From Bigelowiella natans CCMP2755 (lineage: Eukaryota > Protista > Cercozoa), in the NCBI GenBank assembly GCA_000320545.1, contig ADNK01000260.1, positions 1 to 64,000 on the forward strand: 64,000 bases of DNA, written 5' to 3'. The notes under the pieces are model-generated. The model had not been told where the DNA came from. It saw only the letters and a list, made by a program, of their open reading frames with translations, and ran no database searches. Shown here one piece after another: positions 28,163 through 42,489 of this stretch (its first letter is position 1; every line of letters begins with the position of its first letter). A program made the position numbers and the translations under genes.

Positions 28163-28744
28163 ATGGGAGACGTAAAGAAAGGAGCTAAGATCTTCAAGAC
28201 CAAGTGTGCTCAGTGCCATGCTGTCGCAGCGGTAGTTTGTGTTTAAGAATTTGTATGAAGATATTCCCCGAACACATTTTTTGTGTGTTATGTACTCTGT
28301 GTGTTCGTTTTTGTTCTGATGCAATGCAAGGTTACTTCTTGCTCACATAAAAAAAGTTTATTCTTTCCCGCTTTCGATGTGATGATTCGCTAATCCACTA
28401 AGTACTGTAACTGATGATTAGGCTGACGGACATAAGCAAGGCCCAAATCTTAACGGCCTTTTCGGACGTATGGCTGGAACTACTGCAGGATACTCATACT
28501 CATCTGCAAACAAGAAATCCGGTACTACCACTCATATTACACGAGTTGAATAGGGTTGAGATACTTGCAAGGTTTTTTCTGAGTTCTTTCTTTAACAGGA
28601 ATTGAATGGAACAAGAAAAGCTTGATGAAGTATCTTGTTAACCCAAAGAAGATGATTCCAGGAACCAAGATGGTTTTCGCTGGATTGAAGAAAAAAGGTG
28701 ATCGCAAGGATCTCATTGCTTACCTTAAGGAAGCAACCGCCTAA
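28163..28744 (+). CDS. CYC1: Mitochondrial cytochrome c, 104 aa (exons 28163-28231, 28422-28521, 28599-28744)
   Basis: [19 protein letters not shown] (CxxCH), [31 protein letters not shown]; clean GT-AG splicing. Confidence 0.98.
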
Positions 28745-28799
28745 TTCGTTTATATGCTGTATTGATTGACGCAATGGAGGTTATTTACGCCCGGTTATC

Positions 28800-29480
28800 A
28801 TAGTTGTATGCTTACAAAGCAACTTGCATGGCTAGGCTTACGATCTTATGCTTCATGTGTTGTGTCAGCGTGCATGTATGTCTCAGTAATATTTCATGTG
28901 AACACTGTAAGTCAGCGCCCAATAAGCCAGCTGCAGATTGCTCTAGTGCATAACAGCTATATGAACGAACAGGAAGTGGTGGCGGCAGCGGCGGCTACAT
29001 CAATGCGCGCTGCGTGCAAAAGATGTCTCGAGATCTAGCTTGTAAGATGATTTCGAAGTAGAATTGTTTGTCAGTGCATGCACTCGTATGTGTGTGTGTG
29101 CGTGCGCGTGCGTGCGTGAGTGCACTTGTCAAATGCTGCGCACGTCTGACTAGCACATCTATCTTGCCCAAACCGTGTGACGAGCGGGGCCATGACACGT
29201 GCGCACACATGGCCAGGAGCAACGCGCATGTGCACGGAATCGATGTGATGCAAGTTTCGTGTTCAATCTCGTTCCATATGTGTCGCACTTTTGCACATTG
29301 CATGCACCGTGAGATACAATGTACTCATCACATTTAAATATCATCGTATGAGACGCAGTATGTATGAATGCGTAGCGAATAATCGACGTTCCTCTATCGT
29401 ATCTATCCAATGCGAAGCGGCTCCATCTCGTCTATCTGCTACGGCCAACATACAAATCCGCCTGTATGAACTTGTAGCAG
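28800..29480. other. TpA-depleted, CA/TG-rich island in a convergent gap
   Basis: About 5 TpA in 29070-29320; mixed TG/CA/CG alternating tracts. Confidence 0.7.
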
Positions 29481-29491
29481 TTTTCTATTAG

Positions 29492-31786
<2,295 letters not shown>

Positions 31787-32226
31787 ACTCAAGGTAGCTT
31801 AGTCCTCGAAAGGCTGAGTGAATAGAGTTGTGACATATCACTTAATACTTGACAGACCAATGCCAAATAATTATGGTTCAGCAGCCCCACCTTGCATGTA
31901 TTTGCCCAGAGTTCGAATAGCTTCTCAAAAGACACAGAACCCCATTGTCACAGTGCTTTATGCTACTTTCCACCGAGAGCCTGGAAATCTCCAATAAAAC
32001 AAGGTGGTTTCATGAGTGTGACAGCTTAATATAGTGAGTTTTGTTTATTTATTAGGAAATTATGAGATGAATATCTCATATTTACTAAAGCCTGCATAAA
32101 TCGTTGTCGCAGATGACAAATAGCTTGGTATTAAATAGAGAAAACGTAGCACACATAGATCTGTATCCGGGACATACCGACGTTGCTCCTCCCACTTCCA
32201 AACTGAAAAAATAGTTAGTGTAGCAG

Positions 32227-32268
32227 GAAGAAGAAGAAGAAGAAGAAGAAGAAGAAGAAGAAGAAGAA

Positions 32269-32300
<32 letters not shown>

Positions 32301-32310
32301 AGAAGAAGAA
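32227..32310 (+). repeat. (GAA)n microsatellite immediately upstream of the ATG at 32317
   Basis: About 28 units with one GAG interruption. Confidence 0.95.
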
Positions 32311-32316
32311 AGATCC

Positions 32317-32740
32317 ATGAGTAACGAAGGTAAGAATAATCAAGTTGGCCAGGGGGGAAAGAAAAACGAGGAATTTTGGTCCCAGCCTAGATTTAAACCA
32401 AAACCCAAACTAGTGCGCTCCGGGCGCTTAAACAAGAAGAAGGTTTGTATGAGAGAGTCAATCAACAAATAAAGAAGAAGCATCGTTTTGGAGAGATTCA
32501 AAATTGAAAGTAAGGATACCATCGACGTAACTTATTCAAAAATTTGGAAACTGGGAACATAACAACAAATTCAGCTCACGGAATTTTTCGAGAAATGCCA
32601 GGATATGCTTTTGTCGGCTGAGTCAGCCCATCTCCTGAGACAGGTATTCTTCAAACGCATATCTATCTACACTTTAACCCTTATCGATTTGAAAGGGTAT
32701 CATAGTCGTCACTGTTATCGTTGTCACTACCAACATTATT

Positions 32741-32772
<32 letters not shown>

Positions 32773-34308
32773 TTAATGCAGGCAAAGGAAGATGGACGCG
32801 ACATCAACAAGATTTGTATTAAGTGGCAACACGAAATGTTTGAACACCTCGGCATTCATAGGGTCTGTAGCTCTATCCGATACACAAATATCACGGCTGA
32901 CCTTCAAATAACACAAAAATCAGGATTTTGGTGTCGAGTCCCTCACAAATATAAAGATAAATTTTCCTTCCGATAGACAAATGCCTATGCTTTTAATGCG
33001 CTTTGCCAAGGTGATACTGATGAGAAAAGAACTTCAATACTGTGTCTTAACATTAAAACAACCGCAGATTTGCCAGTGCTCGGTTATGAAGGCGATGATG
33101 CCTTCTGCTCGCGCAGGTGATTATGATTATGACGAGTGTACAATGGAGACCAAAATTGGAGAAAGAGATGTACAAGTATCATCAAATTAAATATTACGTC
33201 ATGTTATACGAATAAAAGGAGATGTTCCAAGGCGATTTCAGCCTGCGAAAAGACTAGTCTCAACGGGTAATGTGCATAGGAGTAACTTTGTTATTCTTCT
33301 TGACATATTATTGCAACTACTACATCTGCTACTGTTACTATTAAGGAAATGTTATGCCCAAAGCGGTGATCTTGAAGTTCTTCAAGAATTGCAGTGAGAT
33401 GTTGAGGAGTGAAGAGGTATAATTCTTTAATTTCAACCCTCTGCGGATCATCATCCACATATAAATTGAGAAATATACAGATATAAATCGTGACAAACAT
33501 TCATCCGTTAGCCTTGTAGGAACAGATAATACGAATAAAAATGAAAGAAAAATGGATGGGGTGGGGGATGAAGGAGGAAATTAGAGATGAAATAGTGACT
33601 TTTCGAACAGATTGCTCACGTATTACGCGCACACACACAGACACACTTAAAATGTAGATAATTTCTTCAATAATTTCTATATTTTTCCCTTCAATTTTGT
33701 TTTCGCACGTTTTCCCGATGGTGCCGCACATCATTAATTTACATGTTTTCTATCAAAATATAGTCCGCAAAGTTACTTCGGGAGGCGTTTAATCGAGGCG
33801 AGGACCTTCAAAAATTGTCAATACGTTGGCAAAGGTTGGGATACTACATGGAACTTTAGATGATAATAAAGCAACAATGGAAATGTATTGACACTACCAT
33901 TCTCACAGGGAAATGATCGAGCACTTAGGATATGAGCAGGAGTTTGGTAATTATCACAAAATGATGGGAAAATATGATTTCATAGTAACGTTAAATGGTG
34001 TGTTCAGGTGTTAATTCGATGATGCTGATTCCCTTGTACTACGGCAATGTAAGTTGCTTCCAAGTCTTGTTCACCAAAAATAGCAGCAGAATGTGTTCTT
34101 TCCTACCTTCCACACATGCAGTTGGTGACTACAACCACATCGATTACATCTGATCAAATGTTAAATTGTCAATGTGTATTATTTAGCACGATCATACTAC
34201 AGTCTTGTTATTGATTCTCTCCCCTACTATATAATACAGGATCAGCGATTGCTCATGGAAATGCAACTATTCCAACAAGCTTGCCAGAGATCTGTTAAGG
34301 AAGCTACG

Positions 34309-34348
<40 letters not shown>

Positions 34349-34887
34349 TAGTAGTAGTGAATGTGACTAGAGAGTACTGTCATTGCATTGGATTGAATGT
34401 TATTCCACCTTTCTCCAAGGTCAAAGCAAAACCAAACACGCACATGCAGATACTACTACTTCTACTACTACTTCTACTACTTAAGTCACATTCAATACTA
34501 CTAGTTAGTTGTTGATACTCAAGTTATCGTACTTTTGATAAGATTGGCAACTCTATACGTTTGGAATTGCCTATTTGTTGCTTGCTTTCAGGACCCTAAA
34601 ATGGCAGCTGATCTAGACCTATCGAAACGACGATTCAAACCTATGAAAGGCAAATTATTGAGATCTGGAGTTCTCCCAAAGAAGAAGTATGTCTATCCCT
34701 TCTGCAGATTGGCATGGCGGATCTTTGATACAATGCCGATGTAGTTCATTCGTTTTTATGTTTACGATTTACTTCAGGTACATGAATTTCTTCAAGGAAT
34801 GTAACAACATGCTAACGTCCAAGGAGAGCATATCCATACTCAAGGTTTCTTCAAAAGTTTGTTTGTGTGGAGATTCCTAGTGGCGCT

Positions 34888-34924
<37 letters not shown>

Positions 34925-36110
34925 GTGTGTGTGCGAGAATGTGCTTCCGTTTATTGCTGCCAGGATGTCCGTAACGAGTAAGTAGAGTAAATTCAATAAT
35001 CAGCATGCTAAGAGGGAAGGGAAGAACCCTGGGTTGATATCTGTCAAGTGGCAAAGAGAGATCTTCGAGAGCATCGGTAAAATTAGAAGAGTACGCTATG
35101 CTGTTACTACCACGACTAGCAACTAAGATTGCTACCATTCATTCGCACAGCTCCACTCAAATCTCACTTGTCGTACGCAGTATTTTTACAGCTTCAATCA
35201 AAAGCAGCAGCATGTCGTCGTCGTCGTCGTCATCATCATAAAATCATTAATTTATCGCAGGAGTGGAACAGAACTATGGTGTAGAATGCTTGAATCGTAT
35301 TGCTATCGACTTCCCAAAGGTTTGTATTGGGGAAATTCATATTCTAACACAATAGGGTTCTAATTGAACACGAAATCATCTACGACGTAGCGTAATCGCT
35401 AGTAAGCTCATGAGTTGTGAGAGACGAAGCATAAATTGGAACATGTGTTGAATGCAAAGCGTCGTTTATCTTATTACAACAACGATTCGATCCTCACTAT
35501 GTGGCATCACCATCGTTATGCTTCTATTCAGGATAAGGAGCTTCAAATGCAAATGATGAAGTTTGCAAAGAATTGCGCAGAATTGGTACAATAATACAGC
35601 GTGTGAAACGAACGCTGCTCTGGCACTTCGAATAAAACTGAAATTTTGATTTAAGGAAAAGCGTGCTAGATTGTACAATTCTGTAATTTGTCATATTTCT
35701 AAGATATATGTGCTGAAAGTGTTTGCGTGTGTATTGTCAAATGTCTTATCTTCGAAGATTCGTAAAGTTGATCCTGAGGGTACCAGGAAAGCATTGGAGG
35801 CACAGAAAAAGAAAATGCAAGAATTGAAAAGACGTCAAACGGTATATGCAAGAGTTTGTCGAGAAAATAAATTCTCTAAGTTCTTTTAACCTCGATAAAA
35901 AATATCAGGGCATGCAAGGAGGCAGGCCCGTAGTGCAGGTAATCAAGTGGCATCTACTTCATTTAACATGCTTTATTTAATTTTATAAATTTACTATGTT
36001 AGGGTAAGGTACTCCCTCAGAAGGAGGCTGCTACGGCACCAAAGGAGAAAACCGTAGAGAAAGAAGAGACCGACACTGCTGCAGCGGGGCAGCTTCCAAA
36101 AGCAGGCTGA
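32317..36110 (+). CDS. Hypothetical protein with three internal ~100-aa helical repeats
   Basis: Repeats: LVRSGRLNKKKLTEFFEKCQDML..IKWQHEMFEHLGI..DFGV; IRWQREMIEHLGYEQEFG; LLRSGVLPKKKYMNFFKECNNML..VKWQREIFESIGVEQNYGV. Stop TGA at 36110. Confidence 0.7.
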
Positions 36111-36289
36111 GAAGCCTAGCGAGGATGACTTGGCTATGATGATGATGATGATGGCCATGGAAGAAGAAAAGAAGAAGAAACAGAGCTAAAAATAATCGTT
36201 TTTGATGCAGGGTTGCAAATGGGATTCGTTCGTCATGTGATCATCAGCCATTTATGGTTATAGACGAATCGAGCCTAGAGCAAAATTTA

Positions 36290-37400
36290 ACAATTAATCA
36301 TCGAGCTACAGCAAGCAGCAGTTTGTCTTGCTAGATGTCTGTAGACATCATGACATTGCTGACGTTTGTGTTCCATGCTAGCATGCGCAGGCATGCCACA
36401 ATGATGACGCATCAGCATGATCGACATGTCAAGATGTTCATCATGCATTGTCTAATGAATTGCGTGTCGCATGTTTTGTTTTGATGCTATGGCACCTCTA
36501 GACGCTCTAGCGCTACAAGAGCGTGTCATTGTTAGCATGCTAGCTTGCAGCGCGCTAGCTAGCTAGACCGAGACTGCCTACATCGTTGAAATCTCGCATC
36601 GTGCATGCATGTGGCTGCAATGCATATCGCATTTGCGATTTGCTTCACATGGACGGTGGATGCAATCTAGTGATGAACGAAATGCATTTTTTCTAAATGG
36701 TCATCCGCCTGATCTCTTTAGATCTAGCAATGCGGCTGTAAAAAGCCACGCGATGGAATTGCAGTACTCATCATTGGCATTGCTAGATTGGCCCATCTGT
36801 GTTAGCAACAATCTTGGATTTGATTGCATCATTCGATCATGCAATCGAGCTTCAAAGTTTGTTGCATGGCTAGATGGGGTAGTGAGCCTACGTGCATGGC
36901 TTTGGCCTAACTTCTCTCCGCGTGCTCGCCACGATTAACATTACATATACACTACATTGCTGTGTCTATCATCACGGTGCGCATTGGTCGAGCACTCTCA
37001 ACGACAGCATGCATGCACATTTTGCTGCTGTGTGTATAGGCTGTATCTGCAACACTGGCCAGACATGTGCCATGCGCACGCCTGTGGCTTTCATTGTCCG
37101 TAGTGATCGAATCCACACGTGCACATCTAAACATGCTGATCTGCATTTGTATAACCACTGCGATGTGCCATAGGCTCCGGGATGTACCGGTACATCGTGT
37201 ATAGATAGATATAGCTATTTGTGTATTATGTGTGTGACGCGTGCTAGCTACATATTGTATGTACAGTTAGCTTGCGTTGCCATCGATTCTGCAGTATAAC
37301 TGGCGCATTGTTTGCGCACGGGCCAGACTTAGAACGTACGTGCGTGTGCACATCTCATGCTAGCAACTAGATTTTAAAGCTGATGACGGCTACATGCACA
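36290..37400. other. TpA-depleted island with CTAG footprints in a convergent gap
   Basis: 36301-36620 has 15 TpA, all in CTA or TAG context. Footprints at 36374, 36503, 36779 and 36866. Confidence 0.88.
36773..36890 (-). pseudogene. Degenerate copy of coding segment 40362-40457 of the neighbouring gene
   Basis: Colinear match including an exact GTTAGCAACAATCTTGGATT, interrupted by three 8-bp insertions and TA->TG/CA changes. Confidence 0.85.
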
Positions 37401-37679
37401 TTGCCTAGATGGTTTGTTCAAATATATTGGTTGATGTTTGATTATATGCACATGTCTATTATACAACATTCCGTATGTCACATTTGTTTTAGCTATAATG
37501 TCTCTGATGTATAAACCTACAAGATGCGACGGATCTAGATGGTAGATATATTTTTGAGAACCGTAATTACCCAACGGTTTAGGGTTAAATCATTTAATTA
37601 AAATTTGTGTGATAAGGTTAAGTGAAGTTAAATTGAGTAATGATGACTTATTTCTCCAATTTATATTTTAATTATTCAT

Positions 37680-40600
37680 TTATTTTGGCCTAAGTTCGGT
37701 CAGACCAGCTTTCAATTTTCGCAGAATTCTTTCATCTAGATCGCCGACATCATTTAACCACTTCTCGATATCGTTTGGTTGAATATCGAAAGAATAATCC
37801 TCACTCCCTTCTGTAAGATCCACGTTAATTCGTGTTGTAACGTCTGGATCCACTCTCCAGTCAGTGAGCATTAGGTTAAATAAGTTCTCGGCTTCGGCGT
37901 ACCACTCATCGTATCGATCTTGGTTGTTCACAATTTGGACCGAACGCTTTCTCCTTTTTGACCCAGTTCGAGAATATGAAGATGATCCTTGAACAATTGA
38001 GTTAGAATCGGACATTGAAATTATGTTACCATTATCACTTGAATTGCCCTTGCTAAGTTCTTTTAAAATCCAGATTGCTTTGGATCTTGAGAATCTCTCA
38101 GAAGGTACAAATACGTGAGTAAGTCTTTTCGTGGTGGATCTAGGTTCTAAACCCAAGATGGCAAAATGGTGTTCATATCCATAACCATTGAACCCTACCC
38201 GCGAAAGAGGATTTCTACAACAAGTTGGAACTTGGAAAACCCTTGTATTCAAGGTTAAATTCTCTTTCAACCAAAACAATGCTGAAGTAGGATCTTGGAG
38301 ATAGTCTCTAAAAGGCAGCAACGCGACCAGCATCTCAGACGTTTTGGAAGAAGATCCCGTGGAACTGTCAACACTAGAAGTGGAATCAGGGGTGCCAGGA
38401 GCTTCGAAGCTTCCAGAAGAATCTCCATCACTTCCTAACAGGTCTGAATCATCCAATGGAAGTGCACGTTTACGTAAACTAGTTCCTGAGGTCCGACCGG
38501 ATTTCATCTTCAACCAAGAAACAACCTCATGCTTGAGCCACTTTTCAGCTTCGGGGGACATTTTGAACCTTTGTCGAATGTAAAGCATTGATTTGCGAGA
38601 TATTTCGGTGTACTCTCCTGGATACGAAGCATCTTCCTTAAGCGCCTCAAATATACCTTTCGCGCCTCGCAACGAAATGATGTTTTGCTTTTGGTTTTGG
38701 ACAGCAGCATTGATCATATTCATATTATGTGTGAACTCGTCCAGGATGCGGGTGGCGTTATGTCCAGATAGAAGCGAGGAGCCTCTTCGCTTGACTCTTT
38801 GCATTCTTTTCGGGGTTAGAATTCTAGATCTATATAAACTGGGAGATATATGCGCTCCACAGTAAGTTTGACCTCTCAAGGGATACTTGCCACAGCGCTT
38901 TCCACCACTTAGGATTGCTGAAGGTAACAAGTGATGCAGAGAATGTTAAATGCAGAGAATGTTAATTGCAGAAAGTGTCATCTCGGTAGCTATGTAGTTT
39001 ATTGTCAACGAAGAATTACCTGCACACTTTGGAGCAGGTTCCGAACGTGTTGGCCTTGAGGGTTTCAGTGCTGGTCCCTCTGAATTACGATTCTGGCTTT
39101 GTTGCTGTTGTAAGGATTGATGTTGCTGCTGTTTAAGATATTTTTCTTTCTCTGCAGTCGTCGCATGATGGATACAGCGCGGCATGCCTCGCAATGGAGG
39201 TAACATGCATCGAGATCCTCTTCTACATATCGAACTGCAGGTATTGAAGTTTGCGAGGACTTTGTACCTGAAATACATAAAGTTAAATGGTTTAAAAAGG
39301 ATATTTTAAGTAGTAGCAACCTTTCATCCTCCATTCTAAGATTACTGGTTGAACCATCATCAAATTCTATGAGCCAACGACTTGACCCAAGGTGCCTCTT
39401 AAGTCTTCCAGATTTGTATGCCTTTGTATCGGCGGAATATATCTGGAGGCAAGCGCCTTCTCGCAATTTATCAGGTTTAATATCTTTGCCTGATATACTT
39501 GTATTTGTAACATGCTTCGGTATCCTCTTGCTACGTCGCCCTAAAGAGCCCAGAGAGCGTCTATTCTCTGGAACGAAGTTGATATTTCCATTATAAGGTG
39601 TTTCTTCTCCAGTGCTATGTGCAGTATGCGTATCTGAATTACTGGGAATAGATGCACCAGTGCGAAGTTGAATTGGAGATGCATCTTGATTTTTCCCATC
39701 GCTTACGTTCAAGTTTTGATTCGTAAGCGATGACTCTATAATGTCTACTGTTTCATCATTTTGCGATATCGAATTTCTACCTTCTGTATTCTTCGGATCA
39801 CTATTACGATTTTCGATAATTTGGTTCAGGTTATCGGCACCATTCCCAGCACCCCCTTTTGTGTCGAGAGAGGTGAAAAATCCGTACTGGGTATTGATTG
39901 TGCGAGCAACCACATTGGTATCCCCACCTTTCTGCTCCAAATTTCCCAACCGAATGAAACTGTTGGTTCTAAGGGGTACAATCTCTGACTTGTTTGGATC
40001 AGTGAAAGTTTGATTCAACAGTTGAGCATAGAACCATCCACGACCCTTTCCGATAAGTTCTGCTTTTTGATCCTCGTATTGTCCACTCTTGATCAGTATA
40101 GGTTCTCGCGGAATGGCAGAATAATACATGATATTAGGCGTCTTAGTTTTTTTGGAAAGGAGAGACCCAGAAAGGGACTTTCCATTTAACTTGAATTTGC
40201 TTTTTGATGGAACTACGGGAATCGATTTATTTGCATTATTTGATACAGCTGACTTTTTTGATGATTTCGTAATGCAGAACGATGCACCATCTTTCGACTT
40301 CACATTAAATGTAGTATTCGATAATGTTACATTAATTGGTTCGGCAACGTTAGCCGACTTAATTGGTATTGGCCGATCTGAGTTAGCAACAATCTTGGAT
40401 TCAATTACATTATTCAATCGAGCTTTCAAGTTTGATCTGCATGTGGTAGTGAGCGTATTTGCAACACCTGATGTAGGAGAGGAGGTCGAACTAGGGTCCT
40501 TAATCGGTTCTGCTCCAACATTCGAACGAACAGTGATACTTGATCCCGGAGAGGAGTTTGTACCAGTAAGACTCTTCGAATCCATTCCATACTTCGAAAC

Positions 40601-41512
40601 ATTTGTAATATGCGTTTTAGGGAAGGGAGCTATACCAATGTTTTTTTGGGGATAAGCTCTAACGTTCAAACCAGTTTTGATATGCGATCCAATGGAGGTA
40701 TTAGAGCTATCCTTCTGTTTCAGACCAATCTTGCGTTTCGAAGTGGTAGTGGTATTCGATCCAGGATCCTGATTTTTTGATACTCTGATTGCTGAGGAAG
40801 AAGATAAAAGTCCCTCGAGCTTCTTCTTGTTCAAATTTGAGGATGTTTGGCCATCCAAATGTACTTCCTTGCTGAGTTTAAAATCTTTTGTGACATCTTT
40901 CTTTTCAGATTTCACACAATAGCACAAACGCTTATCCTGCAATGCTATTTTGGTGCCATCGTGGTAATCGAAACAAAATAGCCATCCCCCTTCTAAAAGG
41001 CGTAGATATATGTTACCATCGCTGGAAGAGAGCCTCTTGTCAACGTAAAAGATTGATTCTCTCTTCACAGTGATATGCCTTATTCTATCAGACTCTATGA
41101 AAGGCGATTTTCTTAAAGCAATCCTTTCATGGGGGATGCCAGGCACAAACTTATACACAAATATTGTTCCTGCTCCCTTGTCATGTACATCTGTAAATGT
41201 CCTATATTTTGGCTTTTGAGTCAGTGATGGGGCAGGCGATGGAGCAAGATGATTTGAGTATCCTTTCTCTTGAACTCCTTTTGCTACGCTCTCTTTTGTA
41301 TTTAAATTGCTGGCGTTTTCTCCATCCAGTTTCGATGCTGCTTGCAAGTCGACATTACTATCTTGTGTTTTCCCAACCTCATCTGGTCTGGCAGAGGATG
41401 GCGAATCAGAACTTTGAACTTGATCAAAAAGTTCAATCATCTCGCTAATTGGTTTATCTTCATCGCTAGAACACTCGCTGTTTGAACTCCCCAAATCCGG
41501 ATAGCGTATCAT
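37680..41512 (-). CDS. Large putative chromatin/nucleic-acid-binding protein (SH3-like, Tudor-like and two CCCH-type zinc motifs)
   Basis: ORFs of 815, 110 and 416 aa joined by short introns. Tudor-like LQIYSADTKAYKSGRLKRHLGSSRWLIEFDDG; zinc motifs C..GSRCMLPPLRGMPRCIHH and CA..GGKRCGKYPLRGQTYCGAH. The true start may lie in an upstream exon. Confidence 0.7.
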
Positions 41513-42489
41513 TTGTTTATCACACCAAAGATTTCCTAAGCGAGTAGAGTAAATATTTCATTATTATTGGGGATTGTCCCACAATACCACATGGCGAGAG
41601 AAAAGTGAAGAGAATTGTGAACAGAAGAAAGGAAATGGATCAAATACTACCTACCGATGAAGACTAGCTCACCGAACAGTCCCTTTAACTACTGATCAGT
41701 CGTCTCAAGAACGTATCTGATAAATTATTTACGGTGTTCATTTGTTTTCATCGATCTCATGAGGTGAAATGAATGATGAGTGATCAGTCGATTCATGGGT
41801 TTCAGATGCAACCTAATAAGATCTTGTTTAGAGAAAGCGGCAGAATCTCCTTACAAACGCCTGTGAGAAATTACATGAGACTTGAGAGAACAATTCTCTG
41901 CGTTCGTCATTTCGAACGTAAGGTTGGAACATGCGCTCGTAATATTGATGGATGATTGATGACATGATCAACTTTTGACAGTAGTAAATAGCCCTTGCTC
42001 GTTCAGATTTTGATGTTCTTCCTCACCTCCCCAAGTCAAAAAAAAGAAATTCTCTACGACGTTCTTTGACCCTCACTCTAGAGCTAGCTCGTACGTCATG
42101 AAGAGATAAATCCAAGTCGCCAACCTAGAGTACTGTCATCCGCAGATTCTGCGGATGCGACTTGCCGCTCAAATCAATGCGATCTCTCACAGAGAGTGAT
42201 AAATTCCAATCGATCAGGTGGAATTGGAATTTTCAAGAAAATTCCAGGTTTTCTACATGAGTCCCGAATTTTTATTTTATTTTGCACTTGGTCTACCCGC
42301 GGGAAGGTGTTCTCTCGACTTCTTTAACGTTAAAAATGTTTGGTTTTTGACGATTGTAAAACGCAATCCATTCTGGTGGTAAGACATAGGGTGTACTGCA
42401 TCTTCACTAGTTCACCAACTCGAAACCAGTTGCATTTTTCCTCGCCTCCCTGCCATCGTAACACTCAACGGCTTGAGCACCCAGTTGCG

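Noticed and set aside
37575-37590. TTTAGGGTTA telomere-like words (also ~26773, ~55641)
   Set aside because: Only 1-2 units, so not an interstitial telomere array.
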